Shown here: positions 34,067-43,695 of the stretch, one piece after another | Position numbering within the stretch: the first letter of the stretch is position 1 | Layout of the letters: every line of letters begins with the position of its first letter | Source: Minisyncoccia bacterium | Lineage (GTDB): Bacteria; Patescibacteriota; Minisyncoccia; UBA6257; JAAZHW01 | Assembly (NCBI GenBank): GCA_049720475.1 | Contig: JBNASH010000036.1 | Location: 65,339 to 129,338 of the forward strand | Direction of reading: 5' to 3' | DNA: 64,000 bases | Made by a program: the position numbers and the translations under genes | Notes under the pieces: model-generated | Seen by the model: only the letters and a program-made list of their open reading frames with translations | What the model was told of the DNA's origin: nothing | Databases searched by the model: none

Positions 34067-34080
34067 GTTATAATAATATT

Positions 34081-34539
34081 ATGATTTATTTGGGCGCTGA
34101 CCACGGCGGATACAAATTTAAAGAGAAAATAAAGGATTTTCTAAAAAAGAATGAAATCGAATTTGAAGATTTGGGCAATTTAGAATTCGATCCCCAAGAT
34201 GATTTTCCAATCTTTGCTTTTAAAGTAGCGGAAAAGGTTTCGCAGGATAGTAATTCAAAAGGAATTTTAATTTGTACCAATGGTATAGGAATGTCGATTG
34301 CCGCTAATAAAATTAAAGGAATTAGAGCGGCGCTAGTCACCACTAAAAAATCCGCTCAACAATCCCGCGAACATTTAGATGCTAACATTTTATGTTTAGG
34401 AGCGCACACAATTTCATTTTTAAACGCAAAAAAAATTATTCGGACCTGGCTCAATACCGAATTTTCTCAAAAAGAAAAATACATTCGTCGTTTAAAACAA
34501 ATTGAGGAAAAAGAAAATGCAATTAATCCCAACAATTAA
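34081..34539 (+). CDS. rpiB: Ribose-5-phosphate isomerase B
   Basis: IYLGADHGG, GILIC..GIGMSIAANKIKGIRAA, REH.DANILCLG. Confidence 0.93.
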   Translation: MIYLGADHGGYKFKEKIKDFLKKNEIEFEDLGNLEFDPQDDFPIFAFKVAEKVSQDSNSKGILICTNGIGMSIAANKIKGIRAALVTTKKSAQQSREHLDANILCLGAHTISFLNAKKIIRTWLNTEFSQKEKYIRRLKQIEEKENAINPNN

Positions 34540-35155
34540 TGAACAAAATTTTGAGGCAATAAAGGAAAAAATAAAGATAGTGGAAAATTTGGTTGATATG
34601 ATTCAACTGGATATTGCCGATGGGAAATTTACTTCTTATAAAACCTGGGACAATCCGGAAGATTTACTAAGTTTGAATAGTTTTGTTAAATTTGAAATTC
34701 ATTTAATGATTGAAAAACCGGAAGAAACTATTGAACGATGGCTAAAAATACCTTCGATTAAACGTATTATTGTTCATGTGGAAACTATTAACGAAAAAGT
34801 TTTTGCTAAAATTTATACTTTAACTAACCAATATCAAAAAGAATTGGGTTTGGCTCTTGAAAGTAAAACACCGTGGGAAGCGCTGAATCCCTATTTACCA
34901 AGCATAAATTTTGTTCAAATTTTGGCTGTCTCTACTGGTCCGGCCGGTCAAACTTTTGAGTTTCATAATCTGGAAAAAATAAAAATTTTGAAAAATCAAT
35001 ATCCTAATTTAATTATTGAGGTGGATGGGGGAGTAAATAACGATACAGCACCTTTAATCAAAGCAGCTGGCGCTGATATTATTTGCTCTTCTTCATATCT
35101 TTTTTCGGATATTAACAAGGTCGAAGAAAAAATAAAATTTTTAGAAAATATTTAA
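34517..35155 (+). CDS. rpe: Ribulose-phosphate 3-epimerase
   Basis: QLDIADGKF, EIHLMI, IEVDGGVN, AGAD; lies between rpiB and tkt. Confidence 0.9.
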   Translation: MQLIPTINEQNFEAIKEKIKIVENLVDMIQLDIADGKFTSYKTWDNPEDLLSLNSFVKFEIHLMIEKPEETIERWLKIPSIKRIIVHVETINEKVFAKIYTLTNQYQKELGLALESKTPWEALNPYLPSINFVQILAVSTGPAGQTFEFHNLEKIKILKNQYPNLIIEVDGGVNNDTAPLIKAAGADIICSSSYLFSDINKVEEKIKFLENI

Positions 35156-35156
35156 T

Positions 35157-36017
35157 ATGCTTTTAACTGATAAAAAATTAAAAGAATTAAATGAAATTGC
35201 AATGCAATTACGTTGCGATGTTATTGAAATGCTTTTGGAAGCCAAATCGGGTCATTCAGCTGGAACGTTGGGAATGGCCGATGTTTTTGCTGCATTGTAT
35301 TTTAGCGGCATTTTAAACGTTGATCCTAAAAATCCTAATTGGGAAGATAGGGATCGCGTTATTTTATCCAATGGTCATATTTGTCCGGTTCATTATGCTG
35401 CTTTGGCGCGCGCAGGTTTTTTTCCTGTTGAAGAATTAAAAACATTAAGAAAATTCGGCTCTCGTTTACAAGGACATCCCCATGTTGGTACAACGCCAGG
35501 TGTGGATAATAGTTCTGGTCCTTTAGCCCAAGGTGCTTCGATTGCGGTTGGATTAGCTTATGCGGCAAAAATGGATAAAAAGAAATGGCAAGTTTATTGC
35601 ATTGCTGGCGATGGTGAACAACAAGAAGGCCAAACATGGGAAGCAGTAATGTTTGCCGGAAAACACAAACTTGATAATTTAACATTTTTAATGGATCGCA
35701 ACAACATTCAAATCGATGGTTTCACTGAAGATGTAATGCCTTTGGAACCATTGAAAGCAAAATACGAAGCATTCAATTGGAAAGTATTAGAGGTTGATGG
35801 TCATAATATTGAAGAAATAGTTAATGCCCTAGAACACGCCAAATCAATTTATGAAAAACCAGTGATGATTATTTGTCACACGATTCCTGGAAAAGGAGTT
35901 GATTTTATGGAATGGAAACCGGAATGGCATGGAAAAGCACCCAATCCAGAAGAAGCAGCCAAAGCCTTAAAGGAGCTGCGAACTTTACAAGGTCGAATTA
36001 TGAGCGAAGCGGATTAA
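35157..36017 (+). CDS. Transketolase, N-terminal (TPP-binding) subunit
   Basis: SGH, DRVILSNGH, LQGHP, GDGEQQEG, WHGKAP. Confidence 0.95.
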   Translation: MLLTDKKLKELNEIAMQLRCDVIEMLLEAKSGHSAGTLGMADVFAALYFSGILNVDPKNPNWEDRDRVILSNGHICPVHYAALARAGFFPVEELKTLRKFGSRLQGHPHVGTTPGVDNSSGPLAQGASIAVGLAYAAKMDKKKWQVYCIAGDGEQQEGQTWEAVMFAGKHKLDNLTFLMDRNNIQIDGFTEDVMPLEPLKAKYEAFNWKVLEVDGHNIEEIVNALEHAKSIYEKPVMIICHTIPGKGVDFMEWKPEWHGKAPNPEEAAKALKELRTLQGRIMSEAD

Positions 36018-36021
36018 AAAT

Positions 36022-37011
36022 ATGATTAATCCAGATGCAAAACTTAATCCAAAATTATTAGATCCCGATGTCGAACAAAAACCAACGCGTGATGGTTATG
36101 GTGAAGGTTTAATTTTAGCCGGCAAAGAAAATCCCAATGTTGTAGTTTTATGCGCTGATCTTTCTGATTCAACGCGCTCTGCAATGTTTCAAAAAGAATT
36201 TCCTGAGCGCTTTATTGAAACAGGCATTGCTGAACAAAATATGATGGGATTGGCTGCTGGTTTAGCCTTGGCGGGTAAAATACCATTTGTTTCAACTTAC
36301 GCTGTTTTTTGCCCTGGCCGCAATTGGGATCAATTGCGAGTTAGTGTTTGTTATTCCAATGCCAATGTTAAACTGACGGGGGCGCATGCCGGCGTCTCTG
36401 TTGGACCCGACGGTGCCACTCATCAAGGCTTAGAAGATATTGCGATTACACGCTGCATTCCTAATCTAGTAGTAATTGCTCCTTGTGATGTGATTGAAAC
36501 TCGAAAAGCAACTTTAGCAGCTGCTCGGTATAAAGGACCTGTTTATTTGAGATTTGCTCGAGAAAAAACACCAATTATCACTACCGAAGAAACTCCTTTT
36601 GAAATTGGAAAAGCCGTTATTTTCCGAGAAGGAAAAGATGTGGCTATAATTGGTTGCGGTCCTTTAATTTATAATGCCATGCTAGCTGCCGAAGAATTAG
36701 CAAAAGAAGGTATTGATGTTATGGTTGTTAATAACCATACTATTAAACCCATGGATGCGGAAACGATTATTAATGCTGCTAAAACTTGCGGAGCAGTAGT
36801 GACTGTTGAGGACCACCAAATAATGGGAGGAATGGGATCAGCGGTAGCAGAAATCTTAGCTCAAAATTATCCTGTCCCAATTGAATTTATTGGCATGAGA
36901 GATCGATTTGGAGAATCAGGTGAACCAAACGAATTAATTGAAGCTTTTGGAATGGGGAAAAATTCAATTAAAGAAGCGGTGAAAAAAGTATTGCAAAGAA
37001 AAAAACAATAA
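36022..37011 (+). CDS. Transketolase, C-terminal subunit
   Basis: GIAEQNM, GPDGATHQ..ED, GPVYLR, TIKPMD. Confidence 0.95.
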   Translation: MINPDAKLNPKLLDPDVEQKPTRDGYGEGLILAGKENPNVVVLCADLSDSTRSAMFQKEFPERFIETGIAEQNMMGLAAGLALAGKIPFVSTYAVFCPGRNWDQLRVSVCYSNANVKLTGAHAGVSVGPDGATHQGLEDIAITRCIPNLVVIAPCDVIETRKATLAAARYKGPVYLRFAREKTPIITTEETPFEIGKAVIFREGKDVAIIGCGPLIYNAMLAAEELAKEGIDVMVVNNHTIKPMDAETIINAAKTCGAVVTVEDHQIMGGMGSAVAEILAQNYPVPIEFIGMRDRFGESGEPNELIEAFGMGKNSIKEAVKKVLQRKKQ

Positions 37012-37012
37012 A

Positions 37013-38257
37013 ATGTTTTTTGGATTATCCAAAAGAAGGAATTTTTTAAAAGAGCGAAGGGGTTTTACTTTGATTGAGCTGCTAATTACGGTAGCTGTTA
37101 TTGCGGTTTTAATGACAGTAACCGTCGTAACACTTAATCCAGCCGAATATTTACGAAAAAGTCGAGATGTTAAAAGAATTAGTGATTTAACCAATTTACA
37201 AATAGCCCTGCAATTAGTTGCAGCTGATCCCTCTGTTTCTTTAGGTGTTTGCGATGGCACAAAAATTTATGCTTCTGTTCCCTCAGAAACGCCTTTATCA
37301 AATGATAATTTGCCAAGTGGCGTTTCTTGGGTTCAGGTTTCTCAAAGTAATTTAATGAAAACCGATGGTACGGGATGGATTCCGGTTGATTTAAAAACTT
37401 TTTCTTCAAAAGGATTAGTACTTCCGGCCTTACCAATTGATCCAAAAAATTCTGCCAGCGACTATTTATTTTACACTTACACTTGCAATAGCAATCGGCA
37501 ATTTGTTTTAACTGCTTGGTTTGAATCCCAAGCTTTTGGACCCAAAGGTCAAGACCCTAAATCAAAAAACGATGCTGGCCCTGATCCCTATTTATATGAA
37601 GTCGGTTCCAATTTATTTATTCATCCGTTAAGACCAGCAGCCTATTGGTCCTTTGATGAAGGCAATGGAAATATTGCTTATGATAGGAGTGGTAATGAGA
37701 ATAATGGTACTTTATACAATGGCCCAACATGGGTTGATGGAAAAGTAGGAAAGGCTTTAAGTTTTGATGGAATAGATGATTATGTTTATATACCAGATAG
37801 CAATTCATTAAAAATTACTGGTCCTCTTACAATATCTTTTTTGGCATACCCCACTAATATTAGTAAAGGAAGACAAAATCCTTTTGGAAAGGCTTATGGA
37901 GGGGAGTATGATTTAACAATGGAAACGACAACCGCTCTTAGTTTTTATCAAGGAAGTGCAGGCAATAATAATACTCCTTATGTGGGATGCTATTCTATTA
38001 GTATGTTTAACAATAATAGTTGGACATTTGTGGATCTTACTCGGAATATAACAACAAAAACAATAGCTTATTATAAAAATGGTCAGATTAATCCTTCAAG
38101 TTGTGGAACATGGGTTGATCCAAGTGTGAGTACAAGACGAGTTGGAATAGGCTATGAATATGCTGGTTATTGGCAAGGAATTATAGATGAAGTATTATTA
38201 TATCCTCGTACTCTTTCCGCGGCTGAAATTAATCGCCATTATCAACTGATTAAATAA
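37013..38257 (+). CDS. Type IV pilin-like protein with C-terminal LamG/concanavalin-like domain
   Basis: RG-FTLIELL prepilin cleavage site; LPIDP; YWSFDEG, ALSFDG.DDYV, GIIDEV..Y.R.LS..EI LamG motifs. Confidence 0.85.
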   Translation: MFFGLSKRRNFLKERRGFTLIELLITVAVIAVLMTVTVVTLNPAEYLRKSRDVKRISDLTNLQIALQLVAADPSVSLGVCDGTKIYASVPSETPLSNDNLPSGVSWVQVSQSNLMKTDGTGWIPVDLKTFSSKGLVLPALPIDPKNSASDYLFYTYTCNSNRQFVLTAWFESQAFGPKGQDPKSKNDAGPDPYLYEVGSNLFIHPLRPAAYWSFDEGNGNIAYDRSGNENNGTLYNGPTWVDGKVGKALSFDGIDDYVYIPDSNSLKITGPLTISFLAYPTNISKGRQNPFGKAYGGEYDLTMETTTALSFYQGSAGNNNTPYVGCYSISMFNNNSWTFVDLTRNITTKTIAYYKNGQINPSSCGTWVDPSVSTRRVGIGYEYAGYWQGIIDEVLLYPRTLSAAEINRHYQLIK

Positions 38258-38333
38258 TTTTTAAAGTCGATAGACATCAAGTATCATTAAAACTTCTTAT
38301 TAAAATATAAAAAAACTGTTATAATAAATTTGT

Positions 38334-39371
38334 ATGTTTGACATAATTTCAATTGGATCAGCAACAAGGGATGGATTTTTTGAAGGAATTCCATTTGTTG
38401 TTGTAAACGATAATAGATTTAAAGTCGGCAAAGGTATTGCTCTGCCTTATGGTGGAAAAGTGAAAGTACCAAAAGTAACTTTTACCACCGGCGGCGGCGG
38501 AACAAATACGGCTGTTACTTTCGCGCGCCAAGGATTTAAAACTGCTTGTATTTGTCGCGTTGGCAAAGATGTTAGTGGAGAAGAAATTATTCGCAATCTA
38601 AAATCCGAGAAAATTAACACTCAATGGGTTCAGATTGATAAAAAAACGCCCACTGCCTATTCGGTAATTTTTTTAACTGAAAGCGGCGAAAGAACCATTT
38701 TGAGTTATAAAGGAGCAGGGGAGAATATTTCAGAAAAAGAAATTCCTTGGCAAAAATTAAAAACACGTTGGCTGTATTTAAATTCTTTAGGCGGCAATTT
38801 AAATTTATTAAAAAAAGCGCTGCAGTTTGCTTATCAACAAAATATTTTTGTCGCTGCCAATCCTGGTAGCGGAGAATTAGAAAATTTAAAACAGCACAAA
38901 GAACTTCTAAAATATTTTGATATTTTTATTGTCAATCAAGAAGAGGCATCTTATTTAACTGACATTCCATATCATCAAGAAGAAAAAGTTTTTCAAAAAT
39001 TAGATGAATTGATCCAAGGCTTAGCAGTAATGACTAAAGGACCAGCTGGTGTTTCTGTTTCTGATGGAAAAAATCTATGGCAAGCAGGGGTTTATCCAGA
39101 GAAAAAAATTGTTGATCGTACTGGCGCCGGCGATGCATTTGCTTCGGGTTTTGTTTCAGTTTTTGCCAGCGAAAAAATTAAAAAAGATAGGTACCGCAGC
39201 ATTTTTAATCCGGAAAAAATTGAGGAAGCAATAAAAAGGGGGAGTGCTAATGGCACTTCGGTTGTGGAATATGTGGGTGCTAAAACTGGCATTTTAACAA
39301 AAGATGGTCTTCAGCAAAAACGTTGGAAAAAATTGCCAATTAAAAGAATTTCTTTGACAAATAATAATTAA
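38334..39371 (+). CDS. PfkB family carbohydrate kinase
   Basis: GGGGTNTAV, NQEEA, DRTGAGDAFASGF. Confidence 0.92.
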   Translation: MFDIISIGSATRDGFFEGIPFVVVNDNRFKVGKGIALPYGGKVKVPKVTFTTGGGGTNTAVTFARQGFKTACICRVGKDVSGEEIIRNLKSEKINTQWVQIDKKTPTAYSVIFLTESGERTILSYKGAGENISEKEIPWQKLKTRWLYLNSLGGNLNLLKKALQFAYQQNIFVAANPGSGELENLKQHKELLKYFDIFIVNQEEASYLTDIPYHQEEKVFQKLDELIQGLAVMTKGPAGVSVSDGKNLWQAGVYPEKKIVDRTGAGDAFASGFVSVFASEKIKKDRYRSIFNPEKIEEAIKRGSANGTSVVEYVGAKTGILTKDGLQQKRWKKLPIKRISLTNNN

Positions 39372-39473
39372 TAAGGTAAAATAGAAGAGTTATTAACAAG
39401 GTCGAAAAAATCGTTTTATCTAATTTAGTTATTTTTTTTCATAAATAACGGAAGATCAATAAAACGGAAATAG

Positions 39474-39692
39474 GTGTATCAAGGAAATAATAATGGGGGT
39501 GAAAGACAAATGTTTCATCCCAAAGAAGGAGAGAAATGGGTTTGTGCTGAATGTGGCGCTGAAATTACTGAATTGCCTTTTGATCCTCGACGGGATGAAA
39601 ACGGCAATGTCAGCGGCAATCTATATTGTCGTGAATGCCACAGAAAAAGACAATCCCAATTTCGAAATCGACGTGGTGGAAGACGATTCTAA
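39474..39692 (+). CDS. Small zinc-ribbon protein (CxxC-x17-CxxC-like, longer spacer)
   Basis: RQMF...CAECG...LPFDP...LYCREC, Arg/Gly-rich tail; own promoter (TTGACA 39354) and terminator. Confidence 0.8.
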   Translation: MYQGNNNGGERQMFHPKEGEKWVCAECGAEITELPFDPRRDENGNVSGNLYCRECHRKRQSQFRNRRGGRRF

Positions 39693-39710
39693 AAAAATTC
39701 CATCCATTGA

Positions 39711-39737
39711 TAAAACCCCGCTTAAAGCGGGGTTTTA
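39711..39737 (+). terminator. Intrinsic terminator
   Basis: TAAAACCCCGCT-taa-AGCGGGGTTTTA. Confidence 0.8.
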
Positions 39738-39782
39738 TCGTCTTTAATAATAGTTGGTTTTGCGTTATAATAAAAAATAAAT

Positions 39783-41363
39783 ATGGTTATTTTGATTAAA
39801 AATGGTACTATCATTGATGGAAGTGGCAAGGCGCCTTTTAAAGGTGATATTTTAATAAAAGACAATAAAATAGTAAACATTGATTTAAATCGCACGATTA
39901 AAGCAAAGGCCGATAAAATTATTGATGCTTCAGGTTTAATTATTACGCCGGGTTTTATCGATATTAATAACGAATCTGATCATTGGTTAACTCTTTTAAC
40001 TCAACCACAATTAGAAAGTTTAATTTTTCAAGGCGTTACTAGTATTGTCATTGGCAATAATGGTTCTTCTTTGGCACCCGTTTTTAAAGATAGTATAAAA
40101 AGCATTAGGAAGTGGTCTAATTTAAATGTTAATCTGAACTGGAATTCAATGGAGGAATTTTTAAATTTTCTCAAGCAACAAAAATTTGGTGTTAATATTG
40201 GCACCCTTGTTGGTCATTCAACTATTAAAAGAGGCATTTTACAAGAAGATTTTAGGGATTTAATTGATTCGGAAATAAAACAAATGTTTTATTTGATTGA
40301 AAAAAGTTTAAATGAAGGTGCTTTGGGAGTTTCAATAGGTCTACGTTTTAATCACTCTCGTTTAACTTCTTTCGCCGAAATTTTTGGAATTAGCCAAATA
40401 ATAAAGAAATACAACGCTTTTCTTAATATCCAACCCCGTTGGGAAAAACATGATATTCTATCTTTTACCAACGAAATTCTTAATTTAATCAAAACAATCG
40501 ACAAGCCAGAAAATTTAAAAATTCTAATTTCTTATCTGCGTCCGTATAAAGAAAACGTAGACGAACTAAAATTATCTTTGGGATTAATAAAGCAAATGTG
40601 CGAACAATATAATGCCAATATTCATTTGGACATCAATCCTTATACAGTTGTTTCTAATCAAATGTATCTTTATTTACCAGAATGGATTTTATATGGCAAT
40701 TTTGAAATGATGCTCGAAGCATTAAATGAAAAGGGCAATTATCAAAGAATTTTGTCCGAATTAAAAACAAAAAATTATAATTACGATAAAATGATAATTG
40801 CTTCTACTCAAAATAACATTTCTTATTTTAATGGCAAAAGCATTCGATTCTTGGCTAAAGAAAGAGGAATATCAGCCGAAGAAATGTTTTTGGAAATTTT
40901 TAAGATAAGCAGGGGAAGGGCAATAATCTTTTATGATGAAATCCTCTGGCCTGAACTTTTAGGCTTGATGGAGTTTCCTTGTAGTATTATTACCTCTCAA
41001 AATCCTGGCTTAAATTTCACCCATTTTAATTTTTTGCCGCATTTTGCTTCCATTAATACTTTCCCGCGTTTTCTTGGATTAGTAAACAAGGGGGTTGTTA
41101 ATATGAATTTGAGCGAAGCAGTTAAAAAAATTACTCTTGAACCAGCACTAAAAGCTGGAATAAAAAAGAGGGGTTTAATAGCTAAAGATTATTTTGCGGA
41201 TCTGGTTATAATTGAGCCAAAAGAAATTGATTATGTTGTTGATTACAAAAAACCAACCCAAAAACCGAAAGGCATAAAAATGGTGATGATTAATGGTCAA
41301 ATAGCCTTGGATAACGATAAAATTATAAATAATACCGCTGGTCAAATTTTAACGAGAGCATGA
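39783..41363 (+). CDS. Amidohydrolase superfamily protein (D-aminoacylase-like), metal ligands degenerate
   Basis: IKNGTIIDGSG, PGFIDINNESD, FPRFL, RGLI..DYFADLVI, VMING. Confidence 0.8.
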   Translation: MVILIKNGTIIDGSGKAPFKGDILIKDNKIVNIDLNRTIKAKADKIIDASGLIITPGFIDINNESDHWLTLLTQPQLESLIFQGVTSIVIGNNGSSLAPVFKDSIKSIRKWSNLNVNLNWNSMEEFLNFLKQQKFGVNIGTLVGHSTIKRGILQEDFRDLIDSEIKQMFYLIEKSLNEGALGVSIGLRFNHSRLTSFAEIFGISQIIKKYNAFLNIQPRWEKHDILSFTNEILNLIKTIDKPENLKILISYLRPYKENVDELKLSLGLIKQMCEQYNANIHLDINPYTVVSNQMYLYLPEWILYGNFEMMLEALNEKGNYQRILSELKTKNYNYDKMIIASTQNNISYFNGKSIRFLAKERGISAEEMFLEIFKISRGRAIIFYDEILWPELLGLMEFPCSIITSQNPGLNFTHFNFLPHFASINTFPRFLGLVNKGVVNMNLSEAVKKITLEPALKAGIKKRGLIAKDYFADLVIIEPKEIDYVVDYKKPTQKPKGIKMVMINGQIALDNDKIINNTAGQILTRA

Positions 41364-41372
41364 TTTTTAACA

Positions 41373-42506
41373 ATGTCTCGCTCAACTATTACTACAGCTT
41401 TTATATCTATTGTTAGCCTATTAGTATTAGGAGGGTTGTTTATTTTAACCAGCGCCTCGATGATTTTGGGAAGAACTAATTTCGGTGATCCTTACTATTA
41501 TGTGAAGCAGCAAATTTTAAAAGGACTTATTTTGGGAATTGTTGGTTTCTGCCTTGCCTTTTTAATACCTTATAAAAAATACAAAAAATTAATCCCTTTA
41601 TTTTTCATCGCTTCTATTATTTTAACTATTTTAGTTTTTACGCCGCTGGGGCTAGAAATAAACAACGCAAGACGATGGCTAGAGCTTGGTTTTTTATCTT
41701 TTCAGCCGGCCGAGTTTTTAAAAGTATGTTTTATTTTATATCTGAGCCTCTGGCTTTCTCACAAAAATCAAAAGGAGAAAAATTCTATTACTACAATTAT
41801 CGCTTTTATCTCAATGCTCGCTGTTATTGGGGCAATTATGCTATTGCAGCACGCCACGAGTTCTTATTTAATATTAGCAGCCTCCGCTGGAATAGTATTT
41901 TTTGTTAGCGGCGTCAAATTAAAAAATATTTTTATATTTTTCCTTATTATTATCGTTCTATTAGCATCTTTTTTTATAATTTTGAAAAAGGTAAATCCGA
42001 ATGACTACAGAATCCAAAGAATTGACCGTTTTATCTCTTTTTTCCAAAACCAACACAATCCTGAAATAAAAGACGCTCAAGATAAAAATTATCAATTAAC
42101 TCAATCCCTGATGGCTATTGGGTCTGGAGGTTTAAAAGGTGTTGGCTTTGGAAATGCGGTTAGCAAATACAATAATTATTTACCAGAACCTATTGGCGAT
42201 TCAATTTTTGCGATTTTTGCCCAAGAATTTGGATTAATAGGCTGTTTTATTCTTATTTTGCTTTATTTACTATTGCTTCTTTTTGGTTTAAAAATCAGTC
42301 TAAATACCTCCGACGAGTTTGCTAAACTAGCCTCTTTTGGAATTGTATCTTTAATATTAATTCAAACCTTTGTCCATATTGGAGCAATTTCTGGACTTTT
42401 GGTTTTAACTGGACAACCTTTGCCTTTAATAAGTTATGGTGGCACAAATTTAGCAATTATTTTGACATCTTTAGGAATAGTTGCTAATATATCTAAAAAT
42501 GGGTGA
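41373..42506 (+). CDS. ftsW: SEDS family peptidoglycan polymerase FtsW
   Basis: ARRWL..G..SFQPAEF.K, YQ..QSL.AIGSGG, LPE...DSIFA, LPLISYGG; next to murG. Confidence 0.9.
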   Translation: MSRSTITTAFISIVSLLVLGGLFILTSASMILGRTNFGDPYYYVKQQILKGLILGIVGFCLAFLIPYKKYKKLIPLFFIASIILTILVFTPLGLEINNARRWLELGFLSFQPAEFLKVCFILYLSLWLSHKNQKEKNSITTIIAFISMLAVIGAIMLLQHATSSYLILAASAGIVFFVSGVKLKNIFIFFLIIIVLLASFFIILKKVNPNDYRIQRIDRFISFFQNQHNPEIKDAQDKNYQLTQSLMAIGSGGLKGVGFGNAVSKYNNYLPEPIGDSIFAIFAQEFGLIGCFILILLYLLLLLFGLKISLNTSDEFAKLASFGIVSLILIQTFVHIGAISGLLVLTGQPLPLISYGGTNLAIILTSLGIVANISKNG

Positions 42507-42518
42507 AAAATTAATAAT

Positions 42519-43694
42519 ATGCCAAAAGAAATTAATTTAAGAGAATTAAGATTAAAAGTTGCATTAGCCGGCGGAGGAACTGGTGGTCATACTTATCCAT
42601 TAATTGCTGTATTTCGAAAATTAAAAAAAATTTGTGAAGGTCATTTAGTAATTCTAGATTCTTTTTATATCGGTCCTGACACGTTTAACGAAGAAATTTT
42701 TACCAAAGAAGGTATAAAAGTTGTTAAAATTACGAGTGGAAAATGGCGCGCTTATTTTTCACCATTAAATTTTATAGATATTTTTAAATTGATAATTGGG
42801 ATTTTTCAGGCCTTCTTTAAATTATGGAAGAATATGCCGGACATAATTTTTAGTAAAGGCGGGTATGGAGCGCTTCCTACAGTAATTGCTGGTTATTTTT
42901 TAGGAATTCCCATTGTTATTCATGAATCCGATGCTGTGCCCGGTAAAAGCAATAAAATTGCGGCGGCTTTTGCCAGAAAGGTGGCTTTAGCATTTGAAAC
43001 AGCAAAACAATATTTTTTACCTGAAAAAACAGTTGTTGTGGGTAATCCCGTTCGCGATTCAATACTGCATAATAACATCCCTCAAGAAGAAGGAAAAAAA
43101 TATTTTGGTTTTCTGCCAGATAAACCCTTAGTTTTGTTTCTTGGGGGATCGCAAGGCAGCCAAAGAATTAATGATTTGGTTTTAGATAGTATCGAAATGC
43201 TTTTAAAGAATGACGTTCAAATTCTTCATCAAACTGGTTCAAAAAATTATAAAGAGATATTTCTTGAATCGAAATTAATTTTGGAGTTTTTACCAGAACC
43301 ATACACTAAATTTTATCAAGTGCGAGACTTTCTTAATGAAAAAGATTATTTACATGCTTTAGCGGCTGCTGATTTAATCGTTTCTCGGGCTGGCAGTGGA
43401 GCAATCTTTGAAATTGCCGCCGCTAAAAAACCTTCTATTCTGATTCCATTGCCGGAAGCTGCACATAATCATCAACATCTTAATGCCATCGAATATGCCC
43501 GTTTTAACGCCGCAATTATTTTAGAAGAAAAAAATGCGACGCCCAATTTATTAGTAAAAAAAATACTTGACATCTTAAATGATTCAAATCAAAAAGCTTT
43601 AATGATAAACGGTGCTAAACTCTTTATTAAAAAAGACGCCGCAGAAGAAATAAGTAAAATTATTTTTGAAACACTGCAAATTGATTTTGAATAA
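42519..43694 (+). CDS. murG: MurG N-acetylglucosaminyltransferase
   Basis: GGGTGGH, KGGY, HESD, GNPVR, GGSQGS, SRAGSG. Confidence 0.96.
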   Translation: MPKEINLRELRLKVALAGGGTGGHTYPLIAVFRKLKKICEGHLVILDSFYIGPDTFNEEIFTKEGIKVVKITSGKWRAYFSPLNFIDIFKLIIGIFQAFFKLWKNMPDIIFSKGGYGALPTVIAGYFLGIPIVIHESDAVPGKSNKIAAAFARKVALAFETAKQYFLPEKTVVVGNPVRDSILHNNIPQEEGKKYFGFLPDKPLVLFLGGSQGSQRINDLVLDSIEMLLKNDVQILHQTGSKNYKEIFLESKLILEFLPEPYTKFYQVRDFLNEKDYLHALAAADLIVSRAGSGAIFEIAAAKKPSILIPLPEAAHNHQHLNAIEYARFNAAIILEEKNATPNLLVKKILDILNDSNQKALMINGAKLFIKKDAAEEISKIIFETLQIDFE

Positions 43695-43695
43695 T

